DNA of 61,889 nt, filler included, from Globobulimina sp. (Eukaryota), in the NCBI GenBank assembly GCA_003354225.1. It is 20 parts of 20 records of this genome, joined end to end, with 100 filler letters (N's around TTAATTAATTAA, not from the genome) between each part and the next. Parts side by side here need not be neighbours in the genome. Positions count along the whole stretch, not along the records: positions 43,406 to 46,403 come from PIVH01004083.1; positions 46,504 to 49,501 come from PIVH01004084.1; positions 49,602 to 52,599 come from PIVH01004085.1; positions 52,700 to 55,696 come from PIVH01004086.1; positions 55,797 to 58,793 come from PIVH01004087.1; 15 more parts are not named here. One strand, 5' to 3'. Position numbers and translations under genes: made by a program. Of the stretch, positions 44,405 through 56,280 are shown one piece after another. Below the pieces are notes generated by a model, which was not told the origin of the DNA, ran no database searches, and saw only the letters and a program-made list of their open reading frames with translations. Numbering within the stretch: position 1 is the first letter of the stretch; every line of letters starts with the position of its first letter.

Positions 44405-45215
44405 ATGGCTAACACTAACATAAATGTGGGAGATTTCAAATTTAGACCGGGCACATTCGGACTGTCCCCCACATTTTACACCCCAGCCACAGACCGCGAG
44501 AAAGCAATTGGTAGATTGCAAATGATCGCTGGTGACCCGTCCAAACCGGCAGAATGTGAAGAACAAGAAGAAGCGCGTAAATATCTCAAACAAATCATCA
44601 GAGAAGACCCAGAATTACGGCAAAGATTAAAATTTTGGAAGCAATATATCGATGCTCCAAATGGAAAGGAGCGACTTTATAAAGAAATAGTTTTACCAAA
44701 AAGTTAAAAAACATATACCAAAATATGCGAAATTGCGACGATGATTCCAATACACAGTGATTGAACAGATGAGATTTGGTCGTGCTGCACAAACAAATTA
44801 TGATTATTTCGACCATCCATGCAATTTATATTATAATGAGACACATAAATTGTCGTCGCAATATGCAATGTCACCGTGGTTTCGTGGCTTTTATTGGCAA
44901 TATTCTGATAGTTCGGGATTGATTAATAAATGGATCGATAGAGGCTGGGCCTGGGCCTTAGGCGGCGGGTTATTGGTGTTCTGGTCACGCGGATGGTATA
45001 TGCGACATTTTGGCACCAAACGATGTTTAGAAATGATTAAAAGGGCCAAACATTCGCGGAGATATTATGGGAGAACTGTGCCTGTTGTACCAAACCCTGC
45101 GGTTTTTGTCAGACATCAGATGGTGTTACAAGCGATTACAAGGAAAATGATTAAAGAGGGGAAGGCGCATAATTTACATGTGCAACAAGCATTGAATTCT
45201 GTGAAACCGCAATAG
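44405..45215 (+). CDS. Hypothetical single-pass membrane protein, intron 44703-44757
   Basis: A 55-nt GT-AG intron joins the 100 and 152 aa ORFs in frame; one hydrophobic segment WAWALGGGLLVFW. Confidence 0.65.
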
Positions 45216-45359
45216 ATATTTTTACTAACTTGCTACGACTAACCACTGATGTACTGTTTTGATTCAATATTATTTCTCATCCTTGCACATAACCATTGAA
45301 AACAATTAAAATAAATGGACATATGCTACAAACATAATTAATATACAAACAAAAACACG

Positions 45360-46403
45360 TTAATCAATACATACAATTTCATCGTCATCCTCATGACTAT
45401 CATTTTGTTGCAGAACACAATTAGTACTTTTATTTTGTAATGTTTTTAATAATTTTAACTCCTTGGCGTCCTTTAATATATCTTTAGCATATCGTATAAA
45501 TCGCATAGGTTTATTTTCATAGCATCTATAAATAATTAACAAAGTCATTGTCTCATTCATTGCTAATTTACGTAATTCATCACCTTCATTAATGCAAATA
45601 TCGCCATTATCTTCTAATTCATCAATGAAATGTATTAAATATACCCAATCATTGAGACCTACACTCTCTGGGAGTGAGTGAAGCGAGTTTCTTGATTCTG
45701 ATTTCCTTAAACCATCATCATTTTTACAATCCATATCGTTTAGAATATCACAATCATTCTCCTTTTGTACATGTGGCGCACCTCCTTCTTGATTATAGCC
45801 GCCAAACATTGATGTTAATCCATGCCATGCTCGTGCTGGTGAATAATAACTTGCATTGTCATCCATATCATCCATATCCTCGTTTATAACATCATCATTC
45901 TTTGTTTCTTGTTGATGGAGATATCCTTCGTGAATTATATCCATTGCGCATGCAGATATTGGTGTTTTTGTAACTTGTTCTTTTGCTGTTTCTTCTTGTA
46001 TCAATTCCCAAATCTGTTTCTGAAATTGACTGATTTCATCTGTTTTAATTATATAAAATAATGATTTTGCACATTTTGTGATGCAGCTTATCAGATTACT
46101 CACTGGTTTGGATGCAGTTAATATTAATGTTTGAGTAATAATTATTTGCACTTCCTTTGATTTTAATAAATCAATAAGTTGTTTTAACATAGACAGCACA
46201 GTCAACACTAACACTTCAACATGCTCGTTTTTTAATAAATCAATTAAAACTAAAAAAAATCGAATTAAAAACGATGTGGATTTAAATGTTTTGGACTGTA
46301 GGTATGCTGCACAATTTGTCAATGATCTTTTAGCTTTCATTGGTGATGATTTTGCTGATTTATATACATGCACATACTTCAGGGCTTTAACTATTTCGAT
46401 TAA
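45360..46403 (-). CDS. Hypothetical protein, 5'-partial
   Basis: More than 337 open codons; no family recognised. Confidence 0.55.
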   Translation of the reverse strand, partial: LIEIVKALKYVHVYKSAKSSPMKAKRSLTNCAAYLQSKTFKSTSFLIRFFLVLIDLLKNEHVEVLVLTVLSMLKQLIDLLKSKEVQIIITQTLILTASKPVSNLISCITKCAKSLFYIIKTDEISQFQKQIWELIQEETAKEQVTKTPISACAMDIIHEGYLHQQETKNDDVINEDMDDMDDNASYYSPARAWHGLTSMFGGYNQEGGAPHVQKENDCDILNDMDCKNDDGLRKSESRNSLHSLPESVGLNDWVYLIHFIDELEDNGDICINEGDELRKLAMNETMTLLIIYRCYENKPMRFIRYAKDILKDAKELKLLKTLQNKSTNCVLQQNDSHEDDDEIVCID

Positions 46404-46858
46404 NNNNNNNNNNNNNNNNNNNNNNNNNNNNNNNNNNNNNNNNNNNNTTAATTAATTAANNNNNNNNNNNNNNNNNNNNNNNNNNNNNNNNNNNNNNNNN
46501 NNNGTTCAAATTTTCAGCAGTTCTTATTTTATACAAAATGGCAAAATTACAACATGAGGACACTTCGGAAATGGAACGATTAGCACCATTTTTAGCACAT
46601 TAAAAAGAAAAATATAATTATTAAATTATTATTTTTGTTGTCATAACGATCTTCTATACCAATGTCATTTTTTAATTTACGGACATTTTTTTGTCGCAAT
46701 CAGAGTTAAACACCTTTTCCACCATATTTCTTGCTTTGAAACTCACAATCTTCGCAAATAAATATTGATCCCCAAATAAATAAGTTCTTTATAATTTTGT
46801 TTGTCACAAAGTTTTTACTCGATCAGTTTTATCACAATCAACAATTAAATTATCAATT

Positions 46859-47746
46859 ATGGGCAACACATTTTACACAGGAACTCAGTTCTCCAAACAT
46901 TATACCGCAGGCAAAACATTTGCGAGAGGAACATTTGCCGAGGTTAAGAAATGTGTTCGTTTGGCAGATAATGAAGAATTTGCAGTGAAGATTGTAAAGA
47001 AAAATGAATTAAGAGCTGGAGAGTTGCGATGTTTATGTGATGAGATTGAGATATTAACAGAATTAAAAAAACATAGTCATGCACATATCATTAAAATTGA
47101 AGATGTTTTTGAGAATGAAAGAAAGGTTAAAATTGTATTTGAATTGTGTGAGGACTACAATTTGTTGCAATATATTTATTTCTCGTCACACAAACGACAT
47201 TTAACTGAAATGCGAAGTGCAAATATCATAGTTACAATTGCTAAATCACTCAAATATTTGCACGATCTTAATTTTGTGCATCGAGACATTAAGCCCGAAA
47301 ACATTTTGTTTGCCAAAGATGGAGTGATTAAACTCGCAGATTTTGGCTGTGCTATAAAATTAAGCGCAGATTCAGATCGTTGCCATTATGATGCTGCAAA
47401 TGAGACATTTTCAATGAATACATTTTCTGTTGGCACTCCATTGTATGTCGCACCTGAAATATTAAGCAACACTCCATATTCACATATGGTGGATTTATGG
47501 TCGTTGGGTGTTATTTTATATGTTTGTTTAAGTGGCGACCATCCGTTTTGGAGTCGGAAATCGTTGGCAAAAATGTATCGCAGTATTATGTGCGGAGAGT
47601 ATACATTTACAGAAACGGTTTGGCAGCAAATTGACAATGAAGCAATTGAATTAGTAAAAGGATTATTAACTGTCGATGTCCAGAAACGTGTGACTTGTCA
47701 ACAGCTCATAAAACATAATTGGATTTTGAAAAATGTTGCTCATTAA
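46859..47746 (+). CDS. CAMK-group Ser/Thr protein kinase
   Basis: ARGTFAEV, FAVK, HRDIKPEN, DFG, GTPLYVAPE, DLWSLGVI. Confidence 0.96.
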   Translation: MGNTFYTGTQFSKHYTAGKTFARGTFAEVKKCVRLADNEEFAVKIVKKNELRAGELRCLCDEIEILTELKKHSHAHIIKIEDVFENERKVKIVFELCEDYNLLQYIYFSSHKRHLTEMRSANIIVTIAKSLKYLHDLNFVHRDIKPENILFAKDGVIKLADFGCAIKLSADSDRCHYDAANETFSMNTFSVGTPLYVAPEILSNTPYSHMVDLWSLGVILYVCLSGDHPFWSRKSLAKMYRSIMCGEYTFTETVWQQIDNEAIELVKGLLTVDVQKRVTCQQLIKHNWILKNVAH

Positions 47747-48185
47747 TCATAATTTATATTTTTCTATTTATATTTAATCTGTTTGTTGTGACCTCGTCCT
47801 CGTATTCAATTTACATGTAAATTATTAATAATTAGCCTAAAAAAAGATTTACATGCAAATTGTGTGAATTATGTTCGTATGTTGTGTCTCTAATCGATTT
47901 CGATCGAATCGTTTTTTTCCTTTAATTTTAATTTGCCGTTTTAATCTGTTTTTTTTTGTGGTCCGTATTTGTTTTTGTATGTTTTGGAATTTGTGTCCAT
48001 GCATGCATCAATATTTACGTTTGGTGTTTTGTTTAAAGTTTAAATTAAGTGTCGTTCGCGCCTCATGCTTCGATACATTTGTGGAGATTTAAATGAATAC
48101 TAAGAAAACAGTACGTTTTTTTTTCATTAAACCCTCACATTAAACCATCGCCAAATAACTTATTTTCGCCTTTCCACGCACCCCG

Positions 48186-49322
48186 ATGCCTACCGCTACG
48201 AATTTAATACAGCCCAATGAGTGGATATTGATATGCGTCATTGGCTTATTAGTTTTGATAATTAATTGTTTCATATTAATAAAAGAAACCAAAGCAAGAA
48301 CTTGCTCAACAATTAAATTCGACACCCAATTCCTCAAAATATGGTCCATACTATGTATCATTTCTGGTGTGTTCTTTGGATTTTTCTCTTTGGTACAACA
48401 TATCAACGGATTCTGTCATTTTGCACAACATTTACAATATACATTCATCGCACTCCAAGGGGTTTACATGGGATTCTATCAATTATCGAGATTACATTTC
48501 TGTTTTTCACAACACAAATATACACTTCACGGCTATCCAAAATGCCTATTTTATTGCATGTACACCATCGGTATAATGGTTCTCGTGACAGCTGTTGTTT
48601 GCATTTGGTTTTTCTTGCAACTCCCAATTAGCTGTGGCATCAACGCAAACTATCAATATAATGATATCAGCACAATTCCAGCAGCCACAACTATCCAATT
48701 TGGGCAAATTTATTTTATCGGTTTTGTTAGCATTGTTGCAGTGTTGTGGGATCTGACTACATTGTGTCTGTATATCGTTAAGCTTTTGGGATTCAGAAAC
48801 AAAATGCATGCGCAATCTGAGCGACTTGATGGTTATCAGAGAGTCTTAGACGTATTAAACAGGATTATATTATTGACTGTTATGTATGAAATAACATCTG
48901 TTCTTTGTATCATTGCAACAGCAATTTGCGGACAATTTGGGTGGAGCCATGCCGTGGGTGTACTGTTAAATATTTCAGGAGGATTGTTCTCGATGGCAAT
49001 GAGCTATTCAATGTTTCTGATGCAACAGCATAATAATGAACAGTACAAATTGTTTTTAAGATTGTTGCATATGCTGCGACTGCATTATATTGGCTGTTGT
49101 TGTTTAAAATCTGTTATTGTTGATAGTCAGGATTCGACTCAGGAATCAAAATCAAATGTAAATGAAATATATGATGCTGTGGAGGTAAGTATTAATGATA
49201 GTTATCATGATCATGATACATTACATGAGACACGGGATAATTCAATAAAAATGGAACATAGTCCTCCAGCTATATTAAGCGTCACAGTGTCAATGCAACA
49301 AAAGCTATCAGTGAGAAAATGA
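48186..49322 (+). CDS. Seven-transmembrane GPCR-like protein
   Basis: About 7 hydrophobic segments, FYQLSRL at the end of TM3, Cys cluster in the C-tail. Confidence 0.65.
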   Translation: MPTATNLIQPNEWILICVIGLLVLIINCFILIKETKARTCSTIKFDTQFLKIWSILCIISGVFFGFFSLVQHINGFCHFAQHLQYTFIALQGVYMGFYQLSRLHFCFSQHKYTLHGYPKCLFYCMYTIGIMVLVTAVVCIWFFLQLPISCGINANYQYNDISTIPAATTIQFGQIYFIGFVSIVAVLWDLTTLCLYIVKLLGFRNKMHAQSERLDGYQRVLDVLNRIILLTVMYEITSVLCIIATAICGQFGWSHAVGVLLNISGGLFSMAMSYSMFLMQQHNNEQYKLFLRLLHMLRLHYIGCCCLKSVIVDSQDSTQESKSNVNEIYDAVEVSINDSYHDHDTLHETRDNSIKMEHSPPAILSVTVSMQQKLSVRK

Positions 49323-49601
49323 ACTTTGTTTCTACAGGAATATTGTGTGACAATTATGTTGTTTAACGCAATGGACATGTGTTGTGTGTGTGGCTTGTTT
49401 TAATTCAATTTGTTTTAATTGTTTTGCATTTCTTGATCGAATTAATTGCTTCATTTTGAGTTGCGAACAAAAGCCTTGACTCGATCATAAAAACGACGAC
49501 GNNNNNNNNNNNNNNNNNNNNNNNNNNNNNNNNNNNNNNNNNNNNTTAATTAATTAANNNNNNNNNNNNNNNNNNNNNNNNNNNNNNNNNNNNNNNNNNN
49601 N

Positions 49602-49980
49602 GGACTCTGTAATTCAATCCGAGTGAAACCACCTGGTTCTCCGCTCTAATTACTTGCAATGGTGAGCCTGTGGCAATGTTGGGGTCAAATAAATCTATGA
49701 TCTCATCGCTTATGGAATCGACAATGACTTGCACTGCGCCTAAATCATCTCGTAAGATTTTGTTATATCCGCCTACTATGCTTCCTGTGTTTGTGTGGTG
49801 TAGGTTGGGTTTATGTGGATTGGTTTGAATGTTGGCATACACAAATATAGGATATGTAAATAGGACTTACCGCCATCAGCGAATGCTAAAAACCTCCTTG
49901 GCATATCTGTGTATGTGGATTTGTTTGGTTTTAGATCGCGAGAAGCAACGAAGTATATAGGACTTACCACCGTCATCTGT
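49602..49980 (-). CDS. Fragment of a multi-exon gene, 3'-partial
   Basis: Two GTAAGTCC donors on the minus strand (about 49870 and 49968) and short open exons. Confidence 0.35.
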
Positions 49981-50643
49981 ATATTGTACAGAATTTTGTT
50001 GATAGGGATTTTAGGAAAATGTGTAAGGATAAAATATGGTATCTAGCATAATTATTTTTAGAATAAATTGATTTGGGGAAAACGTATAAAACAAATCAAT
50101 TTGCTGATAATGCGTGTTTTTTTTTACAGAGAAACAAAACATAAGAAATGAACGTTTTTTTTATGCTTTGAATTGAGAATATATGTTTTTATTTGAACTT
50201 AACAGTTTACATCGTCTGCATTTGCATAACTACTAAAATAAATGAACGTAATTAATGAAATTAACAGCTTCATGACTAATTGATTTATTTTTTTAAATTA
50301 ATTTGAATGTAAATGTTGTGCGACGTAAATTGATTTATATTTGAACCAATATGTAAATCCCGAGCTATATGCCTTTCGCTGGTGTCTTTCAAGTGGGATG
50401 AAATGTTGTATTCAAAAAAGAGAAAGTTAGGTTTTTAGAGGAAAACAGTACTGGCTGACATATTCAGTGCAAGATAACATATTTAGTTATCTTGATCATT
50501 GGAGGTGCATAATAAATTATCATATACAGCTATAAACTAAAAGAAACAATGATAATATAGTAACAACAGAAAAAACAATTAATTTATACTAAAACAATGA
50601 ACAGAACAGAACACAACACAACATCGCACTCATTAAAAATAAA

Positions 50644-51891
50644 TTATATTAGCTTACTCGAATATGAATTATCTTCATTTACATCCTGTGATTTTGGGCT
50701 AAAATATACATAATCTCCAGCATCACTCGAATATACGGACACATTATGATCATCACAAGATTTATTAGAGTACGGTGAGTTTGTAGTGATTGTTCCTTGT
50801 GAGCATACTGAACTATCTTTATGTTTGATTGCATCGTCAGATATCTTCGACTCATCAATGGATTTTCTACGTTTATTATTTGCAATATGTGATTTATGCC
50901 TAACTTGCTTATAATAATTATCAAATGCTCGGTCAAACTCTTGATTGGCACACAATGACTGTTTAATAATTCTCTTAAACGATATCATATGCTGTGAGCA
51001 CGGATCATTCCCTCTCATTTTAATATGTATCCTCGTACACATCCACTTCAACACTGCATTTTTATCCTTTTCTGTTTGCTGAGATAACGCATGAATTCTT
51101 ACCCATTTCTCAAAATATGTACGAATACCAGTCAACTGATTATGCCCTGTAAAATATTCATTATTATCATTTTTCAGTACATAATCAAAGTAAAACACAT
51201 TCAATGATTTATGACTGTCCATATCTGAGATAACGGACCAAAAGTGATCGCGGATATATTTCCATTCATAAGATAACTGACTAAAAGTACCGTTTTTGAT
51301 AAATTGCAAGGCCATATAACCGACACCAAACGTCTGTGAATAATGTTTGATTGCTTCTAATTCGGTTTCGCCATCACCGATACCTACAATTTTCCGGCAT
51401 TTCTTCTTCAATTTGCGTTTGTGTCTGTTAATGATGGATGAATACGTGGTATATTTCAACATCCATTTGCTTTGATGAGCGTTATCATTATCCAATGCCA
51501 TTGCGATCATCTCATGCACTTTTTGTTTGTTTGTAGTGCCAAATTTTCTGCATAAAAAGTCAAACGTTTCCTCGATTGCTGATTTGATTTCTATTCCGGA
51601 ATCAGCGAAATATGAAGATAATATTTTGAAATATGCGTCCTCTGATTTATTGAGTATGGTCGCCTTTAACCATTTAGAGGACGCATTGGAGACAACTGCT
51701 ATTTTAATCTCTTCGTTGTAGTGAGAGACAAATGTTTCTCTAATTGCTTCAATTGCGTATATTATGTCATACTGAAACCGTTTTAACATGCTTCGTTTGT
51801 ACAATTTGAAGATATCAATGCCTAAGTTTTTATACAAATAACGTTGTAGTTTGGATGGGATTAACGTGTCATCGCAGTCGATAAATATCAT
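50644..51891 (-). CDS. HAD-superfamily hydrolase-like protein (start uncertain)
   Basis: IFIDCDDTLIPS (DxD motif I), VVSNA (II), K (III) and IGDGETE (IV). Confidence 0.75.
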   Translation of the reverse strand: MIFIDCDDTLIPSKLQRYLYKNLGIDIFKLYKRSMLKRFQYDIIYAIEAIRETFVSHYNEEIKIAVVSNASSKWLKATILNKSEDAYFKILSSYFADSGIEIKSAIEETFDFLCRKFGTTNKQKVHEMIAMALDNDNAHQSKWMLKYTTYSSIINRHKRKLKKKCRKIVGIGDGETELEAIKHYSQTFGVGYMALQFIKNGTFSQLSYEWKYIRDHFWSVISDMDSHKSLNVFYFDYVLKNDNNEYFTGHNQLTGIRTYFEKWVRIHALSQQTEKDKNAVLKWMCTRIHIKMRGNDPCSQHMISFKRIIKQSLCANQEFDRAFDNYYKQVRHKSHIANNKRRKSIDESKISDDAIKHKDSSVCSQGTITTNSPYSNKSCDDHNVSVYSSDAGDYVYFSPKSQDVNEDNSYSSKLI

Positions 51892-52748
51892 TGAAAAAAA
51901 ATCTATGTATAAACAGATGAATATTTTTTCTGTTTCTGCGAAAAACGATATTTTTGGTATAGTAAAAGTGAAACGAGTAACGAGATAATTATGGGGATTG
52001 GAGTTTTCGTTGCAAAGAGATTCGTGATGCCGCCAGGTATACAAATCTTTGATTATTTGCCAATTAACAAACTACTGTAACGACGAAGTAGTCTTTCTAT
52101 CCATAATTAACTCGTTTCACTTTAGCAAAACACATAATTATAATATATACCCGATGTTGGCTTGGTTTGTTTTCTTTTGGCAACGCCCATTGTTAATGCA
52201 CTGCTTGATGCACGGGCATGTCGTTGGATTAAATGTGCATTTCCTGTTTTGTAAAATTTCATATTGTTTGCTTGTATAGATGCCATGGTTAAGAGTAGTT
52301 AAATTAAAAGAGCAAGGTACGCTTTTTAGCCTCTTCTGAACAGTTATTCCAAACATATCATTTAAATGGATGACTTGAATGCTAAATTGCTAATTAAAAT
52401 CAACGATATACATAATTATTCAAAAACATTTTTCTTAGTCGAAATTGTAGTATTTTTCTACGTCTTCTTTAATTTCCCAAACACATTTTAGTCCCTTTTT
52501 AGTCAACATTTGCATTTTTAGTTTGTTTAACAACAGTTTAAATCTGTATCAAAAATATTGACTGTTTGCAATTGTGATTAGACGACATAATGTTTCTGTN
52601 NNNNNNNNNNNNNNNNNNNNNNNNNNNNNNNNNNNNNNNNNNNTTAATTAATTAANNNNNNNNNNNNNNNNNNNNNNNNNNNNNNNNNNNNNNNNNNNNG
52701 TATTGTAAATCTCGCAACACAGTATCCTTGCGCTCTGTGATTGTTTAT

Positions 52749-52816
52749 GTGCACATAGCTCAAATATAGAGCACTGGCGATCGCCAGGGATACAGGTTCA
52801 AATCCTGTTGTTGCAC
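52749..52816 (+). ncRNA. tRNA-like element with a collapsed anticodon loop
   Basis: Acceptor gtgcaca/tgttgcac (1 bulge), D arm GCTC-AAATATA-GAGC, arm CTGGC-GATC-GCCAG, T arm ACAGG-TTCAAAT-CCTGT. Confidence 0.7.
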
Positions 52817-54052
52817 TGGCGATAGCCCTCCAGGTTTGTGTTATATATTATATTTGGTTGTGATGGAAAAATATTCTCTTTCTCTGCAAGGATAATTTTT
52901 GTGCATATTCTCTTTGTGTGTTTGTGCAAGGATAATTTTTTCCGTTTTGTTTTATTTTTATTCCGTGTTTTATTTTGCTTGTTTGTTTTGTTTTATTTTG
53001 TTTTTTTCTATTTTGCTTTATTTATTACGTGTTTTATTTTGCTTTGTTGTAAATTTATTCTGTTATATTTGCAAGGACCTATTAAAATGAACTGTAACTA
53101 ATTTTTCATAAACAAAAATGTATAATTTAAAACTCAAAAATGTACATGCTGTTTTTTGAGATTCTCGTTTTTTCGTAATTTTTGATAGCTCATTTTTCTA
53201 TCCATTATCTTGAGCAAATAGAATGATTGATATTTCCACCGTATTCTGCACCAAAAATTGTGCATTTTCCATATTTTACATTGATTCTGTCTCCTTTTCA
53301 TGTTCAGTTACGATGAATAATAGCTGGTACTTGTAATTTTAGCCAAAATATATTGTATTTTATATTCCATACAATTTTTCCATATTTATTAATACAAAAA
53401 CAACATATTTTCTCATAAATTCAATATATTTTATACATTGTATCCTTTTTTTGTTTTGTTTTGATTTTTACAATATATTGAATTTTGTAGGATGGTCTTG
53501 TGTAAAGGGTTAATATCGGTATTTACGATATTTTCAGTCTTCTTTAACATGGGTGTCATACATTTGCATATGTTTGTAAATGGTTTATCATCAATGTTAA
53601 AATTAAGCAGCTTTTTAAATGACGGGATTCCTTCCAAAATTGGCTGTTTTGTTTCTCGATTTTGTGGCGCCACAATTATGGTGAAATTGCATGTGTTCAA
53701 TGCCATGTGATGTTGGCACAGTCGATCCGTACAGATTACTTAAAAAAAAACTTACTTTCGTCATAAACATGTAATTCTTTGAGTTCCAAAAATATACTTT
53801 AGAATAGGACCTGTTTGAAACACCTTCGATTGCACTATGATATTAATGTTTCCATCTTCCTCTAGATTCAGCACTGTTGTTTATGAAACGAAGTGGTTTT
53901 AGACTTTAGAGGTACCATTGGTAACAATTTTAAATCAAAGCATTAAAGAAAACAAACAAACAAACGTCAATTAATGATAGCTATAAAAATTGCAACATTT
54001 AATCATCAAAAACATAAAAGCACACAAACAAACTAACAATACGCATAATAAG

Positions 54053-55696
54053 CTATGTCATATTTGTAAAGGTCGTTGTATTGGAATTGGAATTGGAATT
54101 GGAGTTGGATGGAACTGAAGGTATTCTGAGTGTTGTTGGTGCATTTTCCATCAGTCTCCGTTCATGCAATGGCTTATTTGTGCTGGGTGAGGATGACTTG
54201 TTTGAGCATGCATTGGTATTGGTATTGGTATTGGTATCGGGATGTAATGGAGGCATGGAACCAATTTGTGTCTCAATCGAGTTATTACTGCTATGTTGCT
54301 GCTGCTGTTGCTGTTGCTGGTGTTGCTGTAATATATTAGTTAATAATCCATTATTATATCTTGCTAATAAAGGCGGCGGTGCGTGAGCTGAAATTATTTG
54401 TGATGCATCATCATCATTGTTATTATTATTGTTATCAGAGTCATCGTTACTTTTTATTTTCATTTTCGGTGTTGATGTGGATGTGGATGTTGATGTGGAT
54501 GTGGATGTTGATTTGGATGACATGGATATGGATTGGTTTGCAATGGATTTGCAATTGGATGATTGTGGCGGATTACTTCTTAATGTGGCTGTCGGTGAGC
54601 CCATAGTGGCGATGGTGGAAGAATTAAAGGAGAGATCGGTTGGAGTTGGATTAATATTTGGATCGTCTCTGATACTCATACCAGACATGGCTGTGATTGT
54701 TGAAATGGGCGGATTTAAACTTTGAGCACGGGATTGCGGAGTGGCTGATTTATTTTTGTTATTCTTGATATTGCAATTCTCGTTGTTTGAGATTGTAGCA
54801 ACTGCCGCTGCCGCAATTGGAGATGCGTTATTTTTATCGATTGGCAATTGCAATGGCATTGGGAGTGTGGAGGCAGTGCGGCCAAAGGATGCTAATAAAT
54901 GGTGGTGGCCGTGGCCGTGGCCGTTACCGCCATTTAAAGAGAATTGATTGTTTGCAATGGCACAGTTTGCAGACAAAGGCTGTGTAGTGAACATTTGCGG
55001 TGTTTGTGGTACATTGGCTATGGAGAATAATGGCGACGATATCGGACCCACACTGGTTGGAAATATTTGGGGCGATCCAAAAGGAAATATCAACGGACTC
55101 TCTTTCTTGTCGTTGTCATTATGATTATGATTATGATTATGATTATGATTACTATTCTCATTTGAGATTGATTGTGTTTTGATTTTTATTTTCGATTTGC
55201 CATTATTTTTATGATTTTTGTCATTGCTGTTATTGTTGGAAGACGTCGTCTGAATTAAAGGTGGCGGCGGATTCAATATGTGATAGGAATGTGAGTGTGA
55301 ATGTGAATGTGGGTGAAACATTGGGGGAATGGGTGCAAAAAATGGTGGTGGAAATGCAGGCGGAATAAATCTATTTTGATGCAATGACTGTGGCAATGGC
55401 GGTAAATGAGATATTTTGGGTGATAGAATATTTGGTGTAATGGTTGGAAATGCGGAAGAAACCTCATTATTATTAATAATTTGTACTTGCATCTGATGGA
55501 AGGATCTCTTTAATTTTACAAAATCGCATCCTTTCTTATGCCGCGGCACTTTTTTCTGACTCCATGTCCCTTCGGCATCACATAAGAGACAACGCACAAT
55601 TTGCAAATTATTATTGTTATTGTTGGAATTATGATTATTGTGATTATTGCCATCAATGTATTGAGTTTGATATCCGATACACACCAATTCCCGAAA
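54053..55696 (-). CDS. Low-complexity (N/S/H/P/Q-rich) protein, 5'-partial, possible N-terminal Zn-binding motif
   Basis: More than 544 open codons; CLLC..HKKGC near the start. Confidence 0.6.
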   Translation of the reverse strand, partial: FRELVCIGYQTQYIDGNNHNNHNSNNNNNNLQIVRCLLCDAEGTWSQKKVPRHKKGCDFVKLKRSFHQMQVQIINNNEVSSAFPTITPNILSPKISHLPPLPQSLHQNRFIPPAFPPPFFAPIPPMFHPHSHSHSHSYHILNPPPPLIQTTSSNNNSNDKNHKNNGKSKIKIKTQSISNENSNHNHNHNHNHNDNDKKESPLIFPFGSPQIFPTSVGPISSPLFSIANVPQTPQMFTTQPLSANCAIANNQFSLNGGNGHGHGHHHLLASFGRTASTLPMPLQLPIDKNNASPIAAAAVATISNNENCNIKNNKNKSATPQSRAQSLNPPISTITAMSGMSIRDDPNINPTPTDLSFNSSTIATMGSPTATLRSNPPQSSNCKSIANQSISMSSKSTSTSTSTSTSTSTPKMKIKSNDDSDNNNNNNDDDASQIISAHAPPPLLARYNNGLLTNILQQHQQQQQQQQHSSNNSIETQIGSMPPLHPDTNTNTNTNACSNKSSSPSTNKPLHERRLMENAPTTLRIPSVPSNSNSNSNSNTTTFTNMT

Positions 55697-55973
55697 NNNN
55701 NNNNNNNNNNNNNNNNNNNNNNNNNNNNNNNNNNNNNNNNTTAATTAATTAANNNNNNNNNNNNNNNNNNNNNNNNNNNNNNNNNNNNNNNNNNNNCATA
55801 ACATCACATAATTCTCCTCTGTGACTAGCATCAATATATATAATAATAGAATAAATAGATGTGACAATACTGAACAATCCAAAATAAACTTTGTATGATA
55901 TTTGCAACTAATTTTTCGAGATTTAATGTCTACTTTACAGTCCAATGTCTTTTAGATTGGCGATCCTAAATAT

Positions 55974-56280
55974 GATTTTTACGAGTGAATTTCGTCTAAA
56001 AGTATCGATGACGAAACAGAAATCGACTCGTCCCGATTTACTTTACAAAGCATTGGGAAGTCATGAAGAAGATTTTATGAAGAAGCAATGTCTTCAATGA
56101 AGATGTGTATTATGTTTATGAAGAAGATTTTAATATCCACCTAGCTCAATTGGCAAAGCATTGGTTTCAATGGATTGCAAACCAAATGGATGTATGAGAA
56201 GCAATGTCGTCACGTATTAAAGCGGCGAGAATGAGAAAGAAAAGCCGTCAGATGTTAAGGCGGCGAGAATGAGAAAGAAA
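55974..56280 (+). repeat. Direct repeat copy 1 (hairpin, truncated tRNA-like segment, short tandem repeats)
   Basis: Matches 58314-58625 in long identical blocks with indels; lacks the tRNA T arm. Confidence 0.92.

Noticed and set aside
53200-53870. Decayed transposon ORF downstream of the tRNA-like element
   Set aside because: Short broken frames with no motif I can recognise.
54081-55182. Plus-strand ORFs and microsatellites
   Set aside because: They are antisense shadows of the low-complexity minus-strand CDS; the repeats encode NS, TS, NH and Q runs.
55981-56031. Hammerhead look-alike (gtc..gacGAAA) in the contig 19 repeats
   Set aside because: No CUGANGA-equivalent core on either strand, and GAAA is paired within the hairpin stem.
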